Below are positions 53,882-62,534 of a stretch of DNA of 64,000 nucleotides, one piece after another. Source of the stretch: Smithellaceae bacterium (GTDB lineage Bacteria; Desulfobacterota; Syntrophia; Syntrophales; Smithellaceae). The translations under genes were made by a program, and so were the position numbers. The stretch is from positions 3,415,961-3,479,960 of the forward strand of contig CAXXVL010000002.1 of the NCBI GenBank assembly GCA_963667845.2, read 5' to 3'. Below the pieces are notes generated by a model. The model was not told the DNA's origin and searched no databases. It saw only the letters and a program-made list of their open reading frames with translations. Position 1 is the first letter of the stretch. The number at the start of each line of letters is the position of its first letter.

Positions 53882-53910
53882 TTTACATGCTTGAGCGCTT
53901 ATGCTATCTT
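53882..53910 (+). promoter_or_regulatory. Predicted sigma70 promoter for the small basic protein (likely leaderless)
   Basis: TTTACA-N17-TATCTT with extended TG; ATG 53917 follows the -10 after 6 nt; no SD. Confidence 0.55.
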
Positions 53911-53916
53911 ATAAGC

Positions 53917-54156
53917 ATGGAAAAGAAACCGAAAAGACCAAGAGACTTAAATAAACTTGCAGCGTTTATCCTGGATGAAACTATCGGAGAGATAGACGAA
54001 AACAAAGAAGTGAAGATCGTAAAAAATCCCGCTGCCGTCGAATTAGGACGGCTAGGCGGGTTAAAGGGCGGCAAGGCTCGTGCTGAAAGTCTATCAGCTA
54101 AGAGGCGCAAGGAGATAGCGAAGGCAGCGGCAGCGGCTAGGTGGAAAGATAAATAG
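53917..54156 (+). CDS. Small basic protein of the element
   Basis: KRPRDLNKLA, KNPAAVELGRLGGLKGGKARAESLSAKRRKEIAKAAAAARW. Confidence 0.8.
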   Translation: MEKKPKRPRDLNKLAAFILDETIGEIDENKEVKIVKNPAAVELGRLGGLKGGKARAESLSAKRRKEIAKAAAAARWKDK

Positions 54157-54157
54157 C

Positions 54158-55168
54158 CTATAAATCTTCTATAAATGGCAATTCAAGTGTTGCCCCCTTT
54201 TTCGGAAGAACCTTATCTACCATTCTTAAAAATCTGTTCCACCCATATCCGCTTGATAACGCCAATCTTTGGAACATAACCAAGGAATGAAGATGTTGTG
54301 CAAGCATTGGATCGCCAACATCCTCGGTTAACCATTGTTGCATTTTATGTTTACGCCGACCCTTTTCGTCTTTTGGCGTTTTATGTTCCAGCTCTTGCAG
54401 TAGTCCCGGTGCAATTCTTTCGTAAACTAAATCCCTGGTATAATAAGCAACAACGCTAAATCTATTTTTTTGCATTCCGGGCCATTTCCACCCCTTGAGC
54501 TTATAAATATTTTCATAAAATTCATCAGGGAATTTTTTTGCCCAAGCTGCTAATTCCTTACGAACGATTAATTCAAGGTATGACTGGAGAGCATCTTTGG
54601 GGCGTATTTCCTGGTATCCCGTTGCTTCATCGACAAGCGCCACAATGCCGACTTTAGCAAAACCACGCATCAAGATTTCACACCGCACCGCAAGATGCTC
54701 TTGTCGCTTTAATAATTTACCCTGTTTATGTGCTTCAAATACAGCATCACATATATCCGCTAAGATAGTTGCCTCATACCCGTGTGCAAGTGGTCCGCGT
54801 AACGGCATAAACATAACTGGATTATTGACGCGCGTATGTAAATCATTGATTTCTATTCCTTTGTTGGACATCCCGACCATAAATATACTTACTCGCCGCG
54901 CACCATCTTTACCGCCACTTCTGGAAAGGCCAATAGATTGCTGTAGCCCTCGTTGGGAAAGAATTCTTGTCCCATCTTCAAGGACGTAGGCTGGAATTTT
55001 TATTCCAGAAATATTTAGCGGCCCCTCATGTGTAGCTTTTAAAATTGGTTCTCCGCGTTCCCAACGCGCAACCGCCGCTTTTTTTGCAATATCACTACGT
55101 TCTTCCGGCGTTAATTTAGCCGCCCTTGCTAATCCCCCCTTAGCCTTCCCCGTTGCTTCATCTTCCAT
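54158..55168 (-). CDS. P63C-domain protein
   Basis: YVLEDGTRILS, GYEATILADICD, GFAKVGIVALVDEATGYQ..R, W.KKFPDEFY..IYKL.GW; ATG 55168 after GGGGG RBS. Confidence 0.8.
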   Translation of the reverse strand: MEDEATGKAKGGLARAAKLTPEERSDIAKKAAVARWERGEPILKATHEGPLNISGIKIPAYVLEDGTRILSQRGLQQSIGLSRSGGKDGARRVSIFMVGMSNKGIEINDLHTRVNNPVMFMPLRGPLAHGYEATILADICDAVFEAHKQGKLLKRQEHLAVRCEILMRGFAKVGIVALVDEATGYQEIRPKDALQSYLELIVRKELAAWAKKFPDEFYENIYKLKGWKWPGMQKNRFSVVAYYTRDLVYERIAPGLLQELEHKTPKDEKGRRKHKMQQWLTEDVGDPMLAQHLHSLVMFQRLALSSGYGWNRFLRMVDKVLPKKGATLELPFIEDL

Positions 55169-55169
55169 T

Positions 55170-55278
55170 TGCAAGCACCCCCTTTAAATTTGTGCTTGCA
55201 TTATAGAAAAAGATTCTGTATTTTGCAAGCACATTTTTAAAAATAATGCTTGCATTTGCTTAACCGCTCAAGTATAAT
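55170..55278. promoter_or_regulatory. Divergent promoter region with two TGCAAGCA-N15-TGCTTGCA palindromes
   Basis: Palindromes at 55170-55200 and 55224-55254; minus TTGCAA-N17-TATAAT (55228-55200); plus TTGCAT-N17-TATAAT (55250-55278). Confidence 0.75.
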
Positions 55279-55302
55279 GGTCACAACGAAATAACAAAGG
55301 GG

Positions 55303-56139
55303 ATGAACATGAATAAGCTAGACACTGAAAAGAGAGCGCAAGTCATCGGCTGTTTAGTAGAGGGTAACAGCATTCGGGCAACTGTAAGAATGACAGGCGC
55401 AGCAAAGAACACAGTTGTTAAGCTGCTTGCCGAAGTAGGTAAAGCCTGTGCTGATTATCAAGATAAAGTATTTCATGACCTCCCCTGCACAAAGATTCAA
55501 TGCGACGAAATATGGGCTTTCTGTTATTCCAAAGAAAAGAACGTCCCTCAAGATCATAAAGGCGAATGGGGATATGGTGACGTTTATACCTGGACGGCTA
55601 TTGATGCAGATACAAAACTTATTCCGTCTTATTTTGTCGGCAGACGTGATGCTCAATGCGCTCATGCTTTCATGACCGATCTAGCAAGTAGATTAAAACA
55701 CCGTGTGCAATTAACAACCGATGGGCATAAACCGTATTTGCAAGCCGTCGATGATGCTTTCGGAGGCGATATTGATTATGCGATGCTGGTTAAGACCTAT
55801 GGCAATCCTCAATCAACTACTGACCAAAGAAGATATAGTCCCGCAGAGTGTACGGGCATTGAGAAACTTCGTGTTTGCGGGAATCCCGACAAAAAAGAAA
55901 TTTCAACAAGCTATGTTGAGCGCCAAAACCTCACCATGCGTATGAGCATGAGAAGGTTTACGAGACTAACAAACGGATTCAGCAAGAAGATAGAAAACCT
56001 TGAGGCGGCGGTAGCATTACATTTCATGCACTATAACTTTTGCCGCATTCATAAGACTCTGAGAGTAACCCCCGCAATGGAAGCAGGGCTTACCGATCAT
56101 GTGTGGAGTATAGAGGAAATCGTCGCGTTTCTAAATTAA
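55303..56139 (+). CDS. IS1-family DDE transposase
   Basis: HTH EGNSIRATVRMTG..KNTV, QCDEIW, WTAID, TTDG...Y, TSYVERQNLTMR, RFTR.T.GFSK. Confidence 0.9.
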   Translation: MNMNKLDTEKRAQVIGCLVEGNSIRATVRMTGAAKNTVVKLLAEVGKACADYQDKVFHDLPCTKIQCDEIWAFCYSKEKNVPQDHKGEWGYGDVYTWTAIDADTKLIPSYFVGRRDAQCAHAFMTDLASRLKHRVQLTTDGHKPYLQAVDDAFGGDIDYAMLVKTYGNPQSTTDQRRYSPAECTGIEKLRVCGNPDKKEISTSYVERQNLTMRMSMRRFTRLTNGFSKKIENLEAAVALHFMHYNFCRIHKTLRVTPAMEAGLTDHVWSIEEIVAFLN

Positions 56140-56171
56140 AATGTGAATTGCGTATTGATTATGTATTACCG

Positions 56172-56714
56172 TTAATTTTTATTTTGTTTTGTAATGAACT
56201 CATCAAACCATCCAGCCAAGCGAAGAATTGCAAATGCCGCCGCGATACCCGTTAAAAGAGCGTAGACAAAAATCGTAAAGCCAATGAAAGCAAAAACGCC
56301 GGTCTTTATTGCCCATCCTATCTCAATCAAGGCAATGAGTAGTGATAATATTTGCATTACTATAAAGTGGATAAAAGTTGCGTTTACTATCATAAACGGT
56401 GAAGCCTCGCCATTATCGCCAGCGCCCGCCAATAATGACCGAAACTTTTCATTTCCAAAGGCCAGTATCATTGCATATCCGCCTAATGTGAATCCTACTA
56501 AATTTGGAATTACTGATATACACAGATTGAACCATGCCCAACCTTCATGCTCAACATACCAAACAGGGTAGCATATCAATGAAATGATGAGCGATAGGTG
56601 GAAGTACGGTGAGTATAATAAAGCATGCCATCCACCGTATATTTTCCAATATCTGCCTATACTTTCTCCAACGTACTTATAGGGAGAAAAGGCTATTTTA
56701 AATGACTTAAACAT
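56172..56714 (-). CDS. Four-TM membrane protein (cargo)
   Basis: Four hydrophobic segments; PNLVGFTLGGYA and NATFIHFI.MQ; abuts upstream gene. Confidence 0.8.
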   Translation of the reverse strand: MFKSFKIAFSPYKYVGESIGRYWKIYGGWHALLYSPYFHLSLIISLICYPVWYVEHEGWAWFNLCISVIPNLVGFTLGGYAMILAFGNEKFRSLLAGAGDNGEASPFMIVNATFIHFIVMQILSLLIALIEIGWAIKTGVFAFIGFTIFVYALLTGIAAAFAILRLAGWFDEFITKQNKN

Positions 56715-57584
56715 CTACACCTGCTTTATTTTTTTTATCATTTGTTCAGATGTTCTCCTCATGACAGAGGACTCACTCTCTGCGTTGGGGTTATAAGTAA
56801 TCATTTCTATATATGGATGGTCGTCTGTTGAAATGAATACTTTCTTTTCATTTTCGTATCCCTTGGCCAAAACTTTCCCGTTTGATCGAGCAATATTCAT
56901 AAAAGCTTTTATTTCGTCATCGGCCGCGTCTATGCCCTTTTCGTCAGTTGATGTCATATTCTGTTGTATTTTCCTTACCCGCCATTTTTCTATCTTATCA
57001 AGCCATTGTTGCTCGGCAGAACCCAAGGTATCATCATTTGGTTTGGTAAAGTCTATATAGAGCCTTCGTATAATATCCATTGCCAATATTCTTCTTATTG
57101 CTTCCCGTGTGGATTCTACGATCACATCGACTTTTCCATATTCATTAGAAATTATTTTATTTTTAAATAGATCATCCATTAAAAGCATCATTCCGCCCGG
57201 CGTAATATCCTTACATGCAAAGAAGAAGCGATGCACTTTGGGATAAAAAATATAAGAAATTCTCTTGAGATTCGGTTTTAGGTGTGGAGGTATGATTGGT
57301 GTAGCGTTTGGCCTCATTTCATCAAGTGGAATCAAATTTTTGAGGTCAAGCCATGGTGCGTTGGGATCGATATTTAAATATCGATATATGATACCTTGGA
57401 GAATAACGTTATCTTTAGTACCTTCCTGGTTCATTGATCCTATGATCCCCCAGTCCGATCCCCTTATCTTACCTAACGCATTAATCCTAAATGAATCTTG
57501 AAATAATTTTACATAATTTTCCATAGAATGAGGCTGGGTCTTAATATTCAACGCTGCAATTTTAAGTGTCTTAAAACGCGACAT
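56715..57584 (-). CDS. DUF4747-like protein (cargo)
   Basis: ALNIKTQPHS...Y..LF, PW, IPPHLKPNL, FYPKVH, KPN, A.SNG.V...G patterns recalled for DUF4747. Confidence 0.65.
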   Translation of the reverse strand: MSRFKTLKIAALNIKTQPHSMENYVKLFQDSFRINALGKIRGSDWGIIGSMNQEGTKDNVILQGIIYRYLNIDPNAPWLDLKNLIPLDEMRPNATPIIPPHLKPNLKRISYIFYPKVHRFFFACKDITPGGMMLLMDDLFKNKIISNEYGKVDVIVESTREAIRRILAMDIIRRLYIDFTKPNDDTLGSAEQQWLDKIEKWRVRKIQQNMTSTDEKGIDAADDEIKAFMNIARSNGKVLAKGYENEKKVFISTDDHPYIEMITYNPNAESESSVMRRTSEQMIKKIKQV

Positions 57585-57656
57585 AAGAATCCCCTTTTGA
57601 AATGTATTTGTGAAGATGGGGATTTATACATCAAATGGTTCTAAGTTTCATTGACT

Positions 57657-57685
57657 ATATTATAGAACGATCGTTCTATTGTCAA
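57657..57685 (-). promoter_or_regulatory. Cargo-operon promoter with a perfect 18-bp palindrome in the spacer
   Basis: Minus-strand TTGACA-N17-TAATAT; ATAGAACGATCGTTCTAT at 57662-57679. Confidence 0.65.
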
Positions 57686-57903
57686 GGATTATTATAGGAT
57701 GTTGAAAGATTTAATTTCCCCCAAACTGACCCACTACCCGGGGGATACACTTCTTCCATTTCCATTCAATATGTGTTGTGTATCCTCGAAATGTCCGTTA
57801 AACCGGGGAAAGTTCAAAATAATTGGAATTTATATTGAATCATTTAAATGAGATGTGCTCGTTGAAGATACCCATGGGAAATCGTCTCCTGATGGCCCTC
57901 AAA

Positions 57904-59919
57904 TCATCGGCAGTATCCTTTGCCGTTAGCCCACTCTAATGTTTTGCACGTTCCAAGCTCGCAGGCTTTTTTCGCATCAGGGCAGCCCTGCTGGAAATCG
58001 CCGCGCAGCAGATAAAAAGTCCCGCGGTTGTTGTAGGCATCGGCATAATTCGGTTTTAGGCGGATGGCCTCATTGTAATCTTCAATTTCACGCTGATGCT
58101 GGCCGAGTTTGCCGTAAGCAGTTCCCCGGTTGCAGTAGGCTTCATAATCGTCCGGTTTCAAACGGACGGTCTGATTATAGTCTTCAATTGCACGCTGATA
58201 TTGGCCAAGCTTGCCATAGGCAAACCCTCTGTTATAATAACCGTTGGCATCACGCGGTTTCAGGTGGATCGCCTGACTGGAGTTCTCGATGGCCTTGTGA
58301 TACTGACCGACTTTAAGGTAAGTGGACCCGAGGTTAATGTAAGCCTCGGCAAAATTCGGCCTCAGACGGACTGCCGATTGGAAGTCTTCGATAGCCTGCT
58401 CGGATTGCCCTAAGTCATTGTAAGCGATACCCCGGTTATAGTAGGCACCGGGATGCTTCGGGTTAAGTCGAATCGCCTGATTGTAATCATCAATCGCCTG
58501 TTGATATTGGCCCAGTTTAGCATATGCTGCTCCTCTGTTATTGTAAAAAAAGATAAAATCCGGGGATAGACGGATCGCCTTGTCAAAATATTCAATAGCC
58601 TTTATGGTTTTTCCTTCGGCAAACAAAACGAGACCAAAATTATTGTTCGGCCTTGCCTTGTCCGGAGATTTTTTCAGGCAATCAGCCCAGAAGGTGTGCT
58701 CGTTCTTCCAAATCTTATTGCGTTGATAAGTTAAGGAAGTATTTACCGCCACAATGATGAAAAGAATCATCACCGCAATTTTGAAGTACCGATCCTTGAA
58801 AAAATAGAAGAAAGCTCCGGTCAGCGCCAGGAAGAAACCGAAACTGGACAGATAGGTGCGGTGCTCGAAGATCACATTCTGGGAAATAGGCAGAAAACTG
58901 GACTCCACAGATATCGTCAAAAAAAACCAGAATATCCCGAATGATATAAGCCGGTATTTCTTGAACAGCAAAACGCCCGCCGCAACAATTCCAAGTAAAA
59001 GTGAAAAACTCAAAAATGTTTTTAACTGGAAGAAACCGGATGCAATTGGATAATCATAATCAAAATTCTGATGAATCGGCAGGATAAAAAGGCGAAGATA
59101 GGTCAGGATGACGCTGAACTGGGTGAATAAATACTCCTTCATCGATATGGAATAAGCGTATCCCTGAATCGGCGGTATCGCACCGAAATGCTTCAAGGAA
59201 ACAATTCTCAAGGTCCAGAAAAGAAATATTACAAATATCGTACATGAAATAATGAGACCTTCGTCCTTGATTGATACTTTCAGAGGAGTGGTTTTCAGAA
59301 AACAATAATCGAATAATAGGATTGCGAACGGCAATGTAAAGACGATCTCCTTCGAAAGCATACCCAGTATGGCGCAGATGACCGAACCGCCGAATAATAA
59401 CCACGGGATCTTCCTATTGCCCTGCCAAAGCTTTCCCTGGGCGAAGAGAATCATGGATAAAAGATAAAACAGCGTGGCCAGCGAGGCAAATCGCTGGACA
59501 ATGTACGTTACCGATTGCGTGGCAAGGGGATGAGTCACGAAAAGCAAACCGGTCAAAAAAGCCAGCACTGTCTTATGCCTGCTGATCTCTGTCTCCTTCA
59601 TGACCGGGGTGGAGAGGGTCAACCAGGTTAGCCACCAGACCAGAAACGCATTGATCAGGTGAATGATCAGGTTCACCACATGGTATCCCCAGACATCGAG
59701 ACCATGGAGATGGAAATTAAGAACGAATGTCAACATACCGATAGGTCGGTTCGGGAAAAGACGAATCCAGTCGCCAATGGTCGTTGAGCCTTCCGTAACA
59801 CTGCTGTGAAAAACATTGCCGTCGTCAAAATGAAACGAGCAATCAAAGGAATTGGAATAGGCAATAATACCTGCAATGAAGATGACTGCAATAAAGAGAA
59901 AATTACATTTTTTTTCCAT
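57904..59919 (-). CDS. TMTC-like GT-C glycosyltransferase with C-terminal TPR array
   Basis: FHFDD loop, RP, YHVVN...H..N, HP..TQSV.YI.QR, SKE, EHRTYL, RNKIWK; about seven TPRs. Confidence 0.82.
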   Translation of the reverse strand: MEKKCNFLFIAVIFIAGIIAYSNSFDCSFHFDDGNVFHSSVTEGSTTIGDWIRLFPNRPIGMLTFVLNFHLHGLDVWGYHVVNLIIHLINAFLVWWLTWLTLSTPVMKETEISRHKTVLAFLTGLLFVTHPLATQSVTYIVQRFASLATLFYLLSMILFAQGKLWQGNRKIPWLLFGGSVICAILGMLSKEIVFTLPFAILLFDYCFLKTTPLKVSIKDEGLIISCTIFVIFLFWTLRIVSLKHFGAIPPIQGYAYSISMKEYLFTQFSVILTYLRLFILPIHQNFDYDYPIASGFFQLKTFLSFSLLLGIVAAGVLLFKKYRLISFGIFWFFLTISVESSFLPISQNVIFEHRTYLSSFGFFLALTGAFFYFFKDRYFKIAVMILFIIVAVNTSLTYQRNKIWKNEHTFWADCLKKSPDKARPNNNFGLVLFAEGKTIKAIEYFDKAIRLSPDFIFFYNNRGAAYAKLGQYQQAIDDYNQAIRLNPKHPGAYYNRGIAYNDLGQSEQAIEDFQSAVRLRPNFAEAYINLGSTYLKVGQYHKAIENSSQAIHLKPRDANGYYNRGFAYGKLGQYQRAIEDYNQTVRLKPDDYEAYCNRGTAYGKLGQHQREIEDYNEAIRLKPNYADAYNNRGTFYLLRGDFQQGCPDAKKACELGTCKTLEWANGKGYCR

Positions 59920-60169
59920 AGAGGGTATCCGTTGGAACGCAGCAGCGCTTACTTAGGGGTGCGGAAATCAGTTGGTTTTCATATATCATCTTTCTCGAAA
60001 AATACCTAGGCCCTACCTATTAGAGATAATTTGCTTAACCATTTATTTTTCCTTCTTCAGACACACGTCGTTAATCATCGCGTTTCTTGAAATAATGGAA
60101 ACTGCAATGAGGTCTGTTCAATTAAGAAATAATTGGACAAAACTGAAGTATCTCAAGTAATAGAGTGCA

Positions 60170-61762
60170 ATGATTTTTAAAAAATATTTTCCTCATTTAT
60201 TCATCATCTTGCTGGTCATGATCGTTTATTGGCCGTCACTCTCCGGGGATTTTATCTTCGATGACATCAGTCTGATTAAAAATAATCCCTATGTAAAGCA
60301 CTTGCACAGTATTTCTTCTTATCTTGCGCAAGAAGACGGCATTATAGATAAAACAGACACCCCCAACCATTTCCACACCGGCTATTACCGACCGCTCTTA
60401 AGCTTCTCCTATTTTATTGATTATAAAATATGGGGCATGAAAGCATTCGGATTCCGTTTGACCAATATCGTTCTGCATCTCATCTGCTGCCTGTTGATAT
60501 TTCAGCTATTGATTATTTTGAAAATCGACGGTCGCGCCGCTCTTTTGGGATCGATCTTTTTTGCCCTTCACCCCACAGATACCGAATCTATTTCAATGAT
60601 CGTCTGCCGAAACAATTTGCTCGTCACAATATTTTCCCTGCTTTCCTTCATTCTTTACGTGGAAAGCCGGCGGGGCCGATTAGTATATTTATTGATGTCC
60701 ACTGTGTTTTTCTGTATGGCTCTTTTATCTAAAGAAACCGCCATTATGCTGATACCGGTATTTTTCCTTTGGAACAGATTTACGGTGACCGAGAGTAGAG
60801 TGCTGATTAAAGAAATTGGAAGTTACTTGCCTTTCCTGTTTCTCGGACTAGCTTACCTGATTCTGCGCTCTCAGGTGATCGGTGCCTTCACATCCCCGAT
60901 TGTATCGGCGAATTTCTTGACCCGCCTGTATTTCGTGCCGCACATTATCGCATCCGATTTCCTTCTGGCTTTTCTGCCTTTCGGTCTGCACAGCTTCTAT
61001 GTAACATATCCTGAGTCGTACTTTGGGTATCAGACGATCATCTCTTATATTTTTCTACTGCTGCTGGTGATCGCTTTGTGGAAATTGCGCAATAAGAGAC
61101 TGTTAATTTTTTCCATCTCTGTATTCGTCGTAACCATGTTTCCCGTTCTAAATTTAATTCCTTTCGCGTCACCATCAATCATTACCATGAGATGGTTGTA
61201 TTTCCCGTTGGCCTTTCTTTCGATTGCCGTTGCATATTCTATCCAGATCCTGACATCCCATAAAAGTACAAAATTTATTGCCTTATCCGTAATATCGATC
61301 ATCTTTTTATATTTTGCCGCATATTCTTATACATTGAATGATACATTATGGAAGAATCAGCGATCATTCTTAAACATTGAGGTGTTGCAATTTCATAATG
61401 TGTTGTTCGCAGACACACTGGCTGAAGCATTACATAGCGAACATAAATATCGTGAGTCGGAAAAACTGTATTTATCCTCCTTGAAATCTTTTCCGGGCAA
61501 AGCAGACATCTATATCAACTATTCAGCCCTGCTAATCGACACCGGACGCCCCGAAGAAGCAAAAAAATACCTGAACCAGGCCCAAGCTCTGATTATGTCC
61601 ACTTCTAAACGATGTGAATGGCTGAACAACATGGGTGTGGCCTGCGGACGCCTGAACGAAAAACAATGCGCCCTGGAAAACCTGAGTCTCGCAGTTCAAT
61701 ATTGTCCTAACAACTCCGGTTTTAAGGCCAACCTGGAAATCATCAAAGCATCAAATCCTTAA
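60170..61762 (+). CDS. TMTC-like GT-C glycosyltransferase with short TPR region
   Basis: FIFDD, YYRP, TN..LH, HP..TESI..I..R, SKE, RWLYFP; TPR-like C-terminus. Confidence 0.8.
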   Translation: MIFKKYFPHLFIILLVMIVYWPSLSGDFIFDDISLIKNNPYVKHLHSISSYLAQEDGIIDKTDTPNHFHTGYYRPLLSFSYFIDYKIWGMKAFGFRLTNIVLHLICCLLIFQLLIILKIDGRAALLGSIFFALHPTDTESISMIVCRNNLLVTIFSLLSFILYVESRRGRLVYLLMSTVFFCMALLSKETAIMLIPVFFLWNRFTVTESRVLIKEIGSYLPFLFLGLAYLILRSQVIGAFTSPIVSANFLTRLYFVPHIIASDFLLAFLPFGLHSFYVTYPESYFGYQTIISYIFLLLLVIALWKLRNKRLLIFSISVFVVTMFPVLNLIPFASPSIITMRWLYFPLAFLSIAVAYSIQILTSHKSTKFIALSVISIIFLYFAAYSYTLNDTLWKNQRSFLNIEVLQFHNVLFADTLAEALHSEHKYRESEKLYLSSLKSFPGKADIYINYSALLIDTGRPEEAKKYLNQAQALIMSTSKRCEWLNNMGVACGRLNEKQCALENLSLAVQYCPNNSGFKANLEIIKASNP

Positions 61763-61926
61763 TTCTTTTTTATTTTCTCTTTTTCCCGATTCGTTCTCAT
61801 TTTCCTAAATCCGGGATTGATCCGCACGGCCTCATTATAATGATAAAGAGCTTTTTCCTTCAGGCCTTTCTGCTGAAAAATAATCGTCAACCGATAATGG
61901 GGGTTGGCAAACAAAAGGTTCTATTC

Positions 61927-62534
61927 TTACCGCCTCTTGAAATTCTTTATAGCTTTATTCGTTTCCCCCAGTTGAACATGAACAACACCTAAATTGTCAT
62001 AAGCTACTGCATTTTCGGGCTGAATAGGCAACACCTCCTGAAATTCTTTAATGGCTTCTTCACGTCTCCCCTTTGCAGTATAGGCATTGCCAGACCGTCG
62101 TGGCCAGACCATCGTGATACGCGGGCTGTTCACGATATAAAGCAATGGCCTTTTGATATTCGGTAATGGCTTCCTCTACCCTACCCCCCCCCCGAAAAAA
62201 AATAAGTTCTAACCGATAATGGCCTTCGCCAAATTTCCGATTAAGCTTCAACGCCTGTTTGAGCGATGCGATCGCCCTCCCCGAACAACTCCCAATCCAG
62301 TGCATAAGACAACATGGTTATCGGATGCCAGTTGGACGTCCGTGTGTCCGTGAAAGCATACACCATCGTCTGCCGGGTTATTCCTGTCTGTATTTTGAAA
62401 TTCTGGGTAACGTAAACCTGATCATCATAATTGACAAACTCAAATTGTTGCACCTGCCAGTACGCGGCGAGCGTCAAAAGAATCAAAGCCAAAATAACGA
62501 CAGTTTTCTTCTGGGAGGTAGCAAGTGAATTCAT
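61927..62534 (-). pseudogene. Internally deleted, frameshifted TMTC-like gene relic
   Basis: FVNYDD..YV..N, NWHP.T.LS..LD..LFG N-terminus joined to TPR fragments in other frames. Confidence 0.75.

Larger units (their letters stand above)
53852..57738. mobile_element. IS1-family cargo-carrying transposable element, 3887 bp
   Basis: GGTAGTGGGTCAGTTT (53852-53867) and AAACTGACCCACTACC (57723-57738) perfect inverted repeats; CGGGGGAT duplicated at 53844-53851 and 57739-57746; internal DDE transposase; AT-richer than left flank. Confidence 0.93.
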
